From Phoronis australis (lineage: Eukaryota; Animalia; Phoronida), in contig NMRA01001000.1 of the NCBI GenBank assembly GCA_002633005.1, positions 9,590-73,589 on the forward strand: a stretch of DNA of 64,000 bases, given 5' to 3'. Below the pieces are notes generated by a model. It had not been told where the DNA came from, did no database searches, and saw only the letters and a list, made by a program, of their open reading frames with translations. A program made the translations under genes and the position numbers. Below, piece after piece: positions 39,301 to 51,097 of this stretch; the first letter of the stretch is position 1, and every line of letters starts with the position of its first letter.

Positions 39301-41826
39301 TAGTAAATACTGTATTACACCTAATTACTCAGCTGCAATAATATTACACCCCAATACTCAGCTGCAATAATGAAACCCTAGTAAATACTGTATCACCTAA
39401 TTACTCAGCTGCAATAATGTATCATCTAAATACTCAGCTGCAATAATAAAGCCCTAGTAAATACTGTAACACCTAAAGTACTCAGCTGCATATAATGAAG
39501 GACCTAAATACTCAGCAGCAATGCCAGTAGCAATACCAGCGTTCTCAGATTATATCTAGATAACTAGTTGATGGATGTCAGTGAAACATGAGACAAATGT
39601 ATGATGGCAATGCGCCGACACAATTTGCACCCTTGCAACCTAGTTGCAAAGCACATTTTATTAGTATAGAAGAGGTGGAAAACTGACTCCATCAGTGTTA
39701 ATGTAATGGGTTGTCTTAATTACTTGTCACAGTAAGTGGTGGGAGTTGGTTTTGAGTGACGTCACTAAGTCACTGACAAGGCTATTTGGTATGGTGCTCA
39801 GTGGCACAGGATCAGAACACACAGTCTGTTTCTGTAGAAGCTAATTGACATTACGCTACCTGACGGGGATTTGCGTGTGGCCATTTGTATTACGTGTCTT
39901 GTAAATTCTTTTAGCAATGCCAGACAGCGATTTACTTGCAGTTAAGGATAAATTGATGAGCTATTTTCAATTTTTTTCAGCACAAGTCAGAATAGATTGT
40001 GTAGGTTTCATTTGAAAAGTAGCTATGCTTTGTGATTGTGGGTTGGGCGATAATTGGTTGACTCCATTAATTGCGCAAAAACCATTCATTAGCACCAGTG
40101 GAGAGTGCTATTGTGACCTGCAACTACACCAACTTCTCCTGTGGGAATAATTTCAACTAAGTTGCGATTAACAATCAAAGTCATTTCAAAATCAATTATT
40201 GGCATGCTATGGCTGCAACTCTCACGACACTCCTGTTGGTCATTCCTGTGGCTACTTGGTGGTCATAATGGTTTGTGATGCGACGCGAGTTGATAGAATC
40301 TTGTTACCCATGATGCACAAGATCAGACTTTTGGCCATTGGGTTACTTATGTATTTTGACCTTTGCCGTTGCAAAATCCTTTCTCGAATCTATGGGACAA
40401 TCTCAATACAATTCCTTCAGTGCACTGAAACAGGACCTAACTTCCCTCTCAAAATCCACCGGACAATTTCTTAAACAGCCAAGTAAATTATAATAATGCT
40501 CTTACATAACCCTTGGCTTACAAGGACTTCATGCTTTTGCTGAACTGTATTATTAGCTGTAGATTTGCCTTGAAATATGAGGTCGTCCACCCTTGTCATG
40601 ACCTGTGTAAAATAGTAACAAACTGTTGTCAGCAAGCAAGTTTCTACTATTAAAAGAACATATACAGTGATAGAAACTTTATTTACTTATCCCACAGATA
40701 AAATTTGATATTTATTCTAAATCTGATAATGACCTGTGACACAAACAATTGCAAAATAAGATGTTGATTTGTTTCAGGAAGACCTGCAGAATCTCCTACA
40801 TATCAACCCTGAGGTCATGGATTATGACTCCAGTAACAGCAATTCTCAATTTACCGCTTCACTATTGCGCGGCACGTTTGGAATGAGAAACCTCATTGAT
40901 CTTCCCACCGATGGTGATTATGATGATGAGGAGGAGGAAGAGGAGGATGAGTAAGTATGTGACCACCAGGTGTCGCTGAACAGTCGTTTGCTGTTTTGTG
41001 TAGTCAGATGCCATCTTGTAGAACAAAACTGAACACTGCTGTCATTCTTATATAAATCTTACAAACAAGCAACTAAATGAATAAACAGATTACCAAAATT
41101 TACCGTTTGCAGCCTGAGCATCGTATTTCAGTTTTTTTTTAAAATGTTGTCTCTAGTTACCTGAAAAACGTCATGTCATGTCTGGATCAAAAAGTTTTAT
41201 TTTCTCATTTTCTTTAAAGTGCTTTTCCGTGTACAAGTCATGTGCCATAGGTGATAATGTTTTGTCATGGGCGGTGCACCATGGAGGGGGGCTGGGGGCG
41301 GGGCTATACATATGTAGCTACCCACTTATTTTAGTGCTGCGCCACCATGTTTGTTATTTGCGGGCATTCACAACAATATTTTTGTTCAACATTGATGAAG
41401 TTGCATCTTCAACACACCATAACATCACGTCAGTGTCCTGTGCCTGGTGTCATTTTATTTTATTACTCTATGTCAGTTTTTTTATAGTTATATAGATTTA
41501 AATACATATTTTCTGCTCGAAGTGTGACTTGTCTGTAAAGTTAATTGAAATGTGTTTCTTTGTGATCATGCAGAGATGAAGAGGGGGAGGAGTGTTGCGG
41601 AGGTGATGGAGTCGATGATGAACAGGTCACACACCAGGTGCCATCGAGAAAGACGAAGCTGAACAAAGAAAAGCGGGACTTCCAGCAGTGGTTAGCAAAG
41701 ATCTTAAGTACATCAAACACATATTTTTTTGGCGAAAACCTGATGAACCCTGTACTATATTTCCACCTAACCAAGCTGTCGCCTGGTATTATAGGGGGAA
41801 TCATTAGTGGATTGATTTTCACTTAA
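36386..41826 (+). CDS. F-box protein with NuiA-like C-terminal domain, paralogue 2 (5 exons, 309 aa)
   Basis: Exons 36386-36398 (MANT), 37351-37738, 38696-38798, 40778-40950, 41574-41826; same intron phases as paralogue 1, open frame of 930 nt; ends GIIGGIISGLIFT*. Confidence 0.88.
36523..36599. repeat. Perfect 19-bp inverted repeat hairpin (small MITE-like)
   Basis: cagcttctgatcgtcccca (36530-36548) / tggggacgatcagaagctg (36573-36591). Confidence 0.75.
36691..36827. mobile_element. Small hairpin MITE in intron 1 of paralogue 2
   Basis: ttcagtaacgctaggacc..gctaaaa / ttttagcgaggtcctagcgttactgaa; absent from the paralogous site cccttaccggtactgcatt at ~51272. Confidence 0.7.
38385..38456. repeat. 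24-bp tandem repeat x3
   Basis: tgggatatgacactgttagcatta variants in intron 2 of paralogue 2. Confidence 0.75.
39155..39525. repeat. Intronic minisatellite homologous to 27560-28450
   Basis: cacctaaatactcagctgcaataatg variants at the same intron-3 position. Confidence 0.8.
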
Positions 41827-44739
41827 GTGAGAAACAAATACCCCTGATTTGGGAGTATTTCAGTATCAGAAACATTACTCATCTGTATAGCTTGTCCACT
41901 CAGTGGAGGTAGGTAGGTGTTCCTGTGGTGGGGAACATCAACCATAGGTTGGTTTTGGTAGACCTATTCAGGATAGAGAGCCTCAATTTTTGAAACTTTT
42001 AACCAGTTGTGGCTACAGGCCACTTATAGCCAGTAAAGCTGGCCAGTCTTGTTTTGAAATGTGCTCACAATCATCATGTTTTAAAGAACAAATTATGGAT
42101 CTTGTCTATAAAAATGTGGCTTCGTATTAAAACAACATTTAGCTGTGGGATTTATTGGGTAATGTTCTGCTAATATCCCAGTAGGCGGAGCAACTGGACT
42201 GGTGAGCATCACTTTGTAGCCAAAACTGACGTCTATTGTACTGACATCATCTGCTCATGTAACCACCTGTGGTTTGTTTAGACGCAAACATGTAATGTCG
42301 GGCATAAAGCAATGCCATGCAACCATTTATGATCATGATAAATGGGCTTTGTTCTGCTTTCATTACTCTTAAATTGTCTCTCTGCCCTGCTGTATTTTCA
42401 CCGGATTCGCGAAATGTTGATTTTCACACTTTTGGTGAGCCAGGTGGTGGTCTATCCACCTGCGACTGTGATTGTTGGAAGTTTGCCATAAGTGAGGATA
42501 ATTGTATTTGTTTGGCTAGGGTGATGCAATACCTCCACATATACAGTGTATGACACAATGTGTTCTCTTATTTTGTGTTACTGGATTCATTACACATCTC
42601 AAGGAATGAGATTTCTTCTTGCAATAAATTAATTTTCAGTCATTTGTTGATGTACTGAAATTTTTTTGTCTTATGTAATTTTGTAACTTTGTTATCTTTG
42701 TAGTTTTTACCAAATTATCCATTTAAAATAAAGTGCTTTGCAATGACAACAACTGTTTTATTAAAAACCAAAACCAAAATTTTCAAATTTTTGTTCTGTC
42801 TTTTTAATGTTCATTATTGCAACATTTTTATCTAAATTCTGATGGTTGTCTTGACTTGCTGCCCATTCTGTAGTAACGATGCCAGCCCTGTTCTCCATCT
42901 TGCTCATAGTTCTCAAGGGCCTACAATTAGCAGATGCAGGGGGAGTGAACAGTGTGCTTTTAATGCATTTCACCCAGAATGCCTGCTTGTGGTAGGGGGC
43001 GCAGTACGATTAGGAGGGTGTGTGTGGGCGTTGTCGGGGACATTTTGTAAACACGCAATTTAAGGCCATATCGGCTTAGGTAAGTATTTTGCCATACAGA
43101 ACGACAACAGCAAAAAAACGTCCTTCTACATGTACTTGTAGATGGCAAAGTAACATTTTGTGTGGAGAAAATAGATGGCAAACCTCTTGCACAACTCTCC
43201 TTACTTCCTTTCAGATTCCCACACGATATTTTAAGTCTCCATTTGACAAGTAGGAACTCGAAGTTGGGAGTTCAATCTATATTTAGTATTTCAAATTAGC
43301 TAAAATGTATCCTCTTATTATATGGAACTGACGTTGCTGTCCTGTTCGTTGGCAAGTGACAATACACTTGCAAATCTTTCATATGAGCAATTGGGGACCA
43401 CTTGTTTTTAATGCAATTTAGTGTGTTTTTCGCGTTCTAAGTCTCTTGAAAAGTCCGAGTAAACGAGACAAATGTCCACAGGAATTCTGCGCGGATGCAC
43501 AATTCCTAGGCCTGAACCAAGTGGCCCCGATTTTTTTTAGTCCTCGTTGATTTTTGTCAGTAAAAGGTCCGCATACCGAAAAATTCGAGCCCCCCTATAT
43601 TTTAGGCTGGGTGCGCGCATGCTGTAAGGAATACTCTTTGTGTTTCAATGCTAAGTGCCCATTCAAGTGACCATGCGCAGTGCTAAAAAATTAGTTGAAA
43701 TTATTTTGGAATCGTTTTTGTTTGAAAGTCAATTTTTCATGAGATCGGATGAGTCATAGTAGAACTAAACATGGTTTTATTTTTCAAAATTTAATGTATA
43801 AATTGTGCTTTTAATTCGTGTTTTTAACTTTCAACTTCACAAAGTAACAAAATGTGAAGAATTTTAATTTTTTTGTTGTTACGGACATAGGCTACACTTG
43901 GGTCACGAAGTGTGAAGCTTCATTCGATCTCTTCACCATCACAGCTTTTCAGTGATTTTTAATTATCGTGCTATTCAAATTCTAGGAGAAACGCGTTTAT
44001 GGTACACAGTCGCCTTGGTAACAGTTCTGCATTTCCACTTTCATACTTAAAACGTGATTTTGGTCCTGTTTGCATTGCTGAATTGTTCCCATGTACATTC
44101 CACGTTACTTATTGTGCTAAAATGTTGATACGGGTAGGATCGTTTTGACATGTTGAGATCACTTCGGAATAACAAGTTACCATGAAAATTTGTTTTTAAG
44201 AGATGGTATTTTATCTCTCTTCCAACTTCTGCTGTCATATCTTGCTTATCGTACTCACAAAGTGCGGGTCGGTGGAGTCCTGTAACCCTCATCTTCACCC
44301 GGCTAGGTGAATGCTGGAGTACATAAATTATCAGGATAGCGCACTAGGCCATCTCCTCTCGGACAAGAATAAACTCTAAAACCATCTTACACGCTGATGA
44401 CATGCACAATTTTCTAGTATCCATTCCCGAAGGATTATCCTCAGCATTTCCTTCAATCTGAACTGGACATTCTGACTGGTCTCATTAATGGAGGAAGAAT
44501 TTTAAACCTGAAAAAAGTGTTGATTTAACATTTTCCAAATCTTATCAACACAGACTATCACACAAATCACTCGATGAAGAAAACATTCCCAAAAACACAC
44601 ATAAACACCTTTAGTGTATTAAGTGGACGAAAAGTTCTCATTCACGCCTCACTGTTGTGTTGTCCAAAAGGTACAGAAGCTAATTAATCCAATCAAACCT
44701 CTGTTTCTCGTCGTCCTGACTCCGCGTATCTTGTAACTC

Positions 44740-45110
44740 ATGATGAAAGGATCCAACACAATTGCGATGAATGAGGTCCTGAAAAGTCTCAACTGGAACA
44801 AACTAGCCACCCGTTGCAAACTTGACGCATCCATTTATACTTTTAAAGTCTAACAACTATTAGGATAAAATCACGGCTATTTGACTCTAACAAGCGGCCA
44901 GGCACTAGACCTGGACTTCGACACAGTATCTCGTATTCTATTCCACCATCCCTCAGCCAGGCATTTCGAAGATCCACAATGATGACTTGCATTGAAAAAT
45001 GGAAATCTTTACCATCTAACATGAAAGAAAGCACTGACCTCAGTTGTCACACTTAAGCAAAACTTCAAACAGGATACCGCTGCTTCAGATGTGCCAGAGC
45101 CCTCAACTTC
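44740..45110 (+). mobile_element. CR1/L2-type LINE ORF2 3' remnant
   Basis: MKGSNT..NEVLKSLNWNKLATRC... and ..CIEKWKSLPSNMK resemble the LxxLGW..L..RR and WNxLP motifs; decayed. Confidence 0.6.
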
Positions 45111-45613
45111 CCCGCATTCATGAAATTAGCTTGTATAGATCAACATCTTATTGTGCCTTAACCGAGCGCTGGACTTGAAATTTAGACAATTTCTTTTCAT
45201 GTTGCCTGGGAAATTTCCAGTCAGTTGCTCATTATCTTAGTTGACCGCACAGTAAAGGAAGAGCTTTTCCAGACACTTGAACAATACCCCGTTAACAACT
45301 GTTACTCTGACTACATTGCGTAGTTTTTGATAAAATTGAATTCTTGCTGAATGTTTATAGAGTCCACTAACGATCGATATTTTTCTTGTCGTCGATTGCT
45401 GAATGACTATTCCGGCCTTAGCGGAATCATTTGCCTTAAAACACTTCATTTGAACACCGTTTAAACAACATGTAATCCTTCTTATTAATTAGCAAGATAT
45501 GTACGTATGTCTTAAAATTGTCTGTCTATCCCGGATTATTAAACTTGCATTCCTGTATAGAACAACAAGGAATTATTTCTGCATCTGGTGTCCTTATTGT
45601 ATCTCTAAATATG

Positions 45614-45617
<4 letters not shown>

Positions 45618-45690
<73 letters not shown>
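45618..45690. repeat. (GT)n microsatellite followed by single-N join
   Basis: ~36 GT units; N at 45691. Confidence 0.97.
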
Positions 45691-45967
45691 NGGGGCGGGG
45701 CTATACATATGTAGCTACCCACTTATTTTAGTGCTGCGCCACCATGTTTGTTATTTGCGGGCATTCACAATATTTTTGTTCAATATTGATGAAGTTGCAT
45801 CTTCAACACACCATAACATCACGTCAGTGTCCTGTGCCTGATGTCATTTTATTTTATTACTCTATGTCAGTTTTTTTATAGTTATATAGATTTAAATACA
45901 TATTTTCTGCTCGAAGTGTGATTTGTCTGTAAAGGTAATTGAAAAGTGTTTCTTTATGATCATGCAG

Positions 45968-46220
45968 AGATGAAGAGGGGGAGGAGTGTTGCGGAGGTGA
46001 TGGAGTCGATGATGAGCAGGTCCCACACCAGGTGCCATCGAGAAAGACGAAGCTGAAGGAAGAAAAGCGGGACTTCCAGCAGTGGTTAGCAAAGACCTTA
46101 AGTATATCAAACACATATTTTTTTGGCGAAAACCTGATGAATCCTGTGATATATTTCCACCTAACCAAGCTGTCGCCTGGCATTATAGGGGGAATCATTA
46201 GTGGACTGATTTTCACTTAA
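45968..46220 (+). CDS. Orphan duplicate of F-box gene terminal exon 5 (intact frame)
   Basis: Acceptor atcatgcag, 253-nt phase-2 exon ending GIIGGIISGLIFT*; 11 nucleotide differences from 41574-41826; no exons 1-4 of its own. Confidence 0.5.
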
Positions 46221-49200
46221 ATGAGAAACAAATACCCCTGATTTGGGAGTATTTCAGTATCAAAAACATACTCATCTGTATAGTTTGTCCACTTAGTGGA
46301 GTTAGGTAGATGTTCCTGTGGCGAGGAACACCAACCATAAGTTGGTTTTGGTAGACCTATTGAGGATAGAGAGCCTCAATTTTTGCAACTTTTAACCAGT
46401 TGTGGCTACAGGCCACTTATAGCCAGTAAAGTTGGCTAGTCTTGTTTTAAAATGTGCTCACAAACATCATGTTTTAAAGAACGGATTATGGGTCTTGTCT
46501 ATAAAAATGTGACTTTTTATTAAAAACATTTAGCTATGGGATTCATTGGGTAATGTTCTGCTAGTATCCCAGTAGGTGGAGCAACTGGACTGGTGAGCAT
46601 CACTTTGTAGCGAAAACTGACTTGTATTGTACTGGCATCATCTGCTCATGTAACCACCTGTGGTTTATTCAGACGCAAACATGTAATGTCGGGCATAAAG
46701 CAATGCCATGCAACCATTTCTGATCATGACAACTGGGCTTTGTTCTGCTTTCATTACTCATAAATCGTCTCTCTGCCCTCATGTATTTTCACCGGATTCG
46801 CAAAATGTTGATTTTCACCTTTTTGGTGAGCCAGGTGGTGGTCTATCCACCTGCGACTGGATTGTTGGAAGTTTGCCTTAAGCGAGGATAATTGTATTTG
46901 TTTGGCTAGGGTGATGCAATACCTCCACATATATGACACAATGTGTGCTCTTATTTTGTGTTACTGAATTCATTACACATCTCAAGGAATGATATTTCTT
47001 CTTGCAATAAATTAATTTTCAGTCATTTGTTAATGTACTGAAATTTTTTCCTGTTATGTAATTTTGCAACTTTGTTATCTTTGTAGCTTTTACGAATTAA
47101 ATTATCCATTTAAAATAAAGTGCTTTGCAACGACAACAACTCAGTTTTATTAAAAACCAAAACCAAATTTTCAAATTTGTGTTCTGTCTTTTTAATGTTC
47201 ATTATTGCAACATTTTTATCAATTCTGATGGTTGTCTTGACTTGCTGCCCATTCTGTGGTAATGATGCCAGCCCTGTTCTCCATCTTGCTCATCGTTTTC
47301 AAGGGCCTACAATTAGCAGATGCAGAGGGGGTGAACAGTGTGCATTTAATGCATTTCACCCAGAATGCCTGTTTGTGGTAGGGGGCGCAGCACGATTAGG
47401 AGGGTGTGTGTGGGCGTTGTCGGGGACATTTTGTAAACACGCCTTAAAGAACGCAATTTAAGGCCATATCGGCTTAGGTAAGTATTTTGCCATACAACAG
47501 CAAAAAAACGTCCTTCCACATGTACTTGTAGATGACAAAATAACATTTTGTGTGGAGAAAATAGAGGGCAAACCTCTTGCACAATAGTTCCTTTCAGATT
47601 CCCACGCGATATTTCTCCATTTGACAAAACAAAAGATTCAAGTAGGAACTCCAAGTTGTGAGTTCAATCTATATTTTGTATTTCAAATTAGCTAAAATGT
47701 ATCCTCTTATATGGAACTGGCGTTGCTGTCCTGTTCCTTAGCAAGTGACAACACACCTGCAAATCTTTAATATGAGCAATTGGGGACCACTTGTTTTTTC
47801 AAAGGAAGTTATTTTAAACTTAATTTCTCAGGGTAGTGATAAATATTCCACATTGTTTTGATTTCCGATTTTTCGTTCCTTCGTTTTAACACGTTATAGA
47901 GCATCAAATCCACATCTATCAAGTATTACTTGGAAAACTTGGAGCTTATTTATAACTCAACTTTAAACCGTTAGGATTTAGATCGGATTGGCTGTGCTTG
48001 TAGTCGACCTTGCTTTGTTTATATCACATTTTCCGTATAAAGTATTGTGCGTGTATATCTTGCCATACCAAAATAAAGAATCGTGCTTTCTCCCGAGGAA
48101 ACAAAATCGCTGAAGTGACGGAACAGTTGACAGGTCATTTTTTTGAAATTTGAAACTAAATGCTTTGACACAAACAGAAATTCAAAAGCTTTAGTAACAA
48201 ACTGTAAAAACACTTGGTTAGCAGGTGAAATTCTGTTTCAGTGGAGAACCACTTTGAATAATGCAATTTAGTCTGTTTTTCACGTTCTAAGCCTCTTGAA
48301 AAGTCCGAGTAAACGAGACAAAAGTCCACATGAATTCTGCGCGGATGCGCAATTCCTAGGCCTGAACCAAGTGGCCCCGTTTTTTTTAGTCCTCGTTGAT
48401 TTTTGTCAGTAAAAGGTCCGCATACCGAAAAGTTCGAGCCCCCCTATATTTTAGGCTGGGTGCGCACATGCTGTAAGGAATACTCTTTGTGTTTCAATGC
48501 TAAGTGCCCATTCAAGTGACCATGCGCAGTGCTAAAAAATTAGTTGAAATTAGTTTGGAATCGTTTTTGTTTGAAAGTCAATTTTTCATGAGTGATGAGG
48601 TATAGTAGAACTAAACATGGTTTTATTTTTCAAAACTTAATGTATAAATTGTGCTTTTGATTCGTGTTTTTAACTTTCTACTTCACAAAGTAACAAAATG
48701 TGAAGAATTTTAATTTTTTTGTTGTTACGGACATAGGCTACACTTGGGTCATGAAGTGTGAAGTTTCACTAGATCTGTTCACCCTCACAGATTTTTGAAA
48801 ATTTAATTATCGTGCTTTTCAAATTCTAGGAGAAACGCGTTTATGGTACACAGTGGCCATGGTGACAGTTCTGCATTTCCACTTTCATACTTAAAACTTG
48901 ATTTTGGTCCTGTTTGCATTGCTGAATTGTTCCCATGTACATTCCACGTTACTTATTGTGCTAAAATGTTGATACGGGTAGGATCGTTTTGACATGTTGA
49001 GATCACTTCGGAATAACAAGCTACCATGAAAATTTGTTTTTAAGAGATGGTATTTTATCTCTCTTCCAACTTCTGCTGTCATATCTTGCTTGTCGTACTC
49101 ACAAAGTGCGGGTCGGTGGAGTCCTGTCACCCTCATCTTCACCCGGCTAGGTGAATGCTGGAGTACATAAATTATCAGGATAGCGCACTAGGCCATCTCC

Positions 49201-49659
49201 TCTCGGACAAGAATAAACTCTAAAACCATCTTACACGCTGATGACATGCACAGCAATTTTCTAGTATCCATTCCCGAAGGATTATCCTCAGCATTTCCTT
49301 CAATCTGAACTGGACATTCTGACTGGTCTCATTAATGGAGGAAGAATTTTAAACCTGAAAAAAAAGTGTTGATTTAACATTTTCCAAATCTTATCAACAC
49401 AGACTATCACACAAATCACTCGATGAAGAAAACATTCCCAAAATACACACATAAACACCTTTAGTGTATTAAGTGGACGAAAAGTTCTCATTCACGCCTC
49501 ACTGTTGTGTTGTCCAAAAGGCACAGAAGCTAATTAATCCAATCAAACCTCTGTTTCTCGTCGTCCTGACTCCGCGTATTTTGTAACTTAGTCTTCAGGA
49601 TTTTTGTACTCACATTTAGATTACTGTCCTATCATATACATATACCAGTCAGGTATAAT

Positions 49660-50100
49660 TCTCATTTAGACGTATTACAATACCAGGCAGCTTTAGCCGT
49701 AACTGGAGCCGTGATGAAAGGATCCAACACAATTACAATGAATGAGGTCCTGAAAAGTCTCAACTGGAACAAACTAGCCACCCGTTGTAAATTTCACGCA
49801 TCCATTTATACTTTTAAGTCTAACAAATATTAGAATAAAATCCTATTTGACTCTTACAAGCGACCAGGCACTAGACCTGGACTTCGACACAGTATCTCGT
49901 ATTCTATTCCACCATCCCTCAGGCCAGGCATTTCGAAGATCCACAATGATGACTTGCATTGAAAAATGGAAATCTTTACCATCTAAAATGAAAGAAAGCA
50001 CTGACCTCAGTTGTCACACTTAAGCAAAACTTCAAACAGGATACCACTGCTTCAGATGTGCCAGTGCCCTCAACTTCCCCGCATTCATGAAATTAGCTTG
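49660..50100 (+). mobile_element. CR1/L2-type LINE ORF2 3' remnant (longer copy)
   Basis: LDVLQYQAALAVTGAVMKGSNTITMNEVLKSLNWNKLATRC matches the LE.IQY.AA..VTGA.KGTS...L..LGW motif. Confidence 0.7.
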
Positions 50101-50592
50101 TATAGTATTGTGCCTTAACCGAGCGCTGGACTTGAAATTTAGACAATTTCTTTTCATGTTGCCTGGGAAATTTCCAGTCAGTTGCTCATTATCTTAGTTG
50201 ACTGCACAGTAAATGAAGAGCTTTTCCAGACACTTGAACAATACCCCGTTAACAATTGTTACTCTGACTACATTGCGTAGTTTTCTTGATAAAATTGAAT
50301 TCTTGCTGAATGGTTTATAGAAAACTTAACTCCACTAATGTTTCTTGTCGTCGATTGCTGAATGACTATTCCTTAGCGGAATCATTTGCTTAAAACACCT
50401 CATTTGAATACCGTCTAAACAACACGTAATCCTTCTTATTAATTGGCAAGATATGTACAGTACGTACGTCTCAGTAAAAATTGTCTGTCTATCCATGATT
50501 AAATTTAAAATGGCATTCCTGCATAGAACATTGGAATTATTTCTGCATCTGGTGTCCTTATTGTATCTCTAAATATGTACATTTACTGTAAA

Positions 50593-50595
<3 letters not shown>

Positions 50596-50637
<42 letters not shown>

Positions 50638-50643
50638 GTATAT
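50596..50643. repeat. (TA)n microsatellite
   Basis: Direct observation. Confidence 0.95.
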
Positions 50644-51097
50644 TTGTAATATTTTGACGCCCAATGTTTCTGGTGCCCGGCCATTGAGCTCTCATTATTC
50701 TACATTTTGTTTTTCGTAATAAACATTATAAAAAAGTCCAAAACCGGGAAACTGAAGAAACTCGCCTGTGCATTACTTCCTTAAGTAAATGAGGCCTAGA
50801 GGTTTGTGACAACACGAAGGAAACCGTGATGCCAATCTCGAGTCCAGCTACCTGTAATTTTAGCGTGGTGGAGCCGTCATTCCCCTTATTGTTGCAGAGA
50901 AAGTCCAAAAGATCAACCGCTAGGGGACGTTGTATGTAAACAAACCGGAACTGAAAAGAGCAGACCCCACAAAACATCAAAACTCAAAAGCCCAGCTTGA
51001 AGATAAAGACAGCTAAGCAGCAGGGTTTTTGTTGCAGAGGAAGAAGTAACCGTCCTTTGGACCTGCTAAGATTAATTTTCACCCATCTTACCCACCA

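Larger units (their letters stand above)
45692..50580 (+). repeat. Tandem/haplotype duplicate of ~41296-45617
   Basis: Colinear copy starting ggggcggggctatacatatg and ending ctctaaatatgtacat; scattered SNPs plus indels (extra ~47800-48260 and ~49590-49710). Confidence 0.9.

Noticed and set aside
44047-44298. Repeated 83-aa ORF MKMRVTGLHRP.. (also 48891-49142)
   Set aside because: Recurs only because of the block duplication; GTG start, no domain, not intact in the paralogue-1 flank.
45499-45841. CVCV/THTH ORFs
   Set aside because: Translation of the (GT)n microsatellite.
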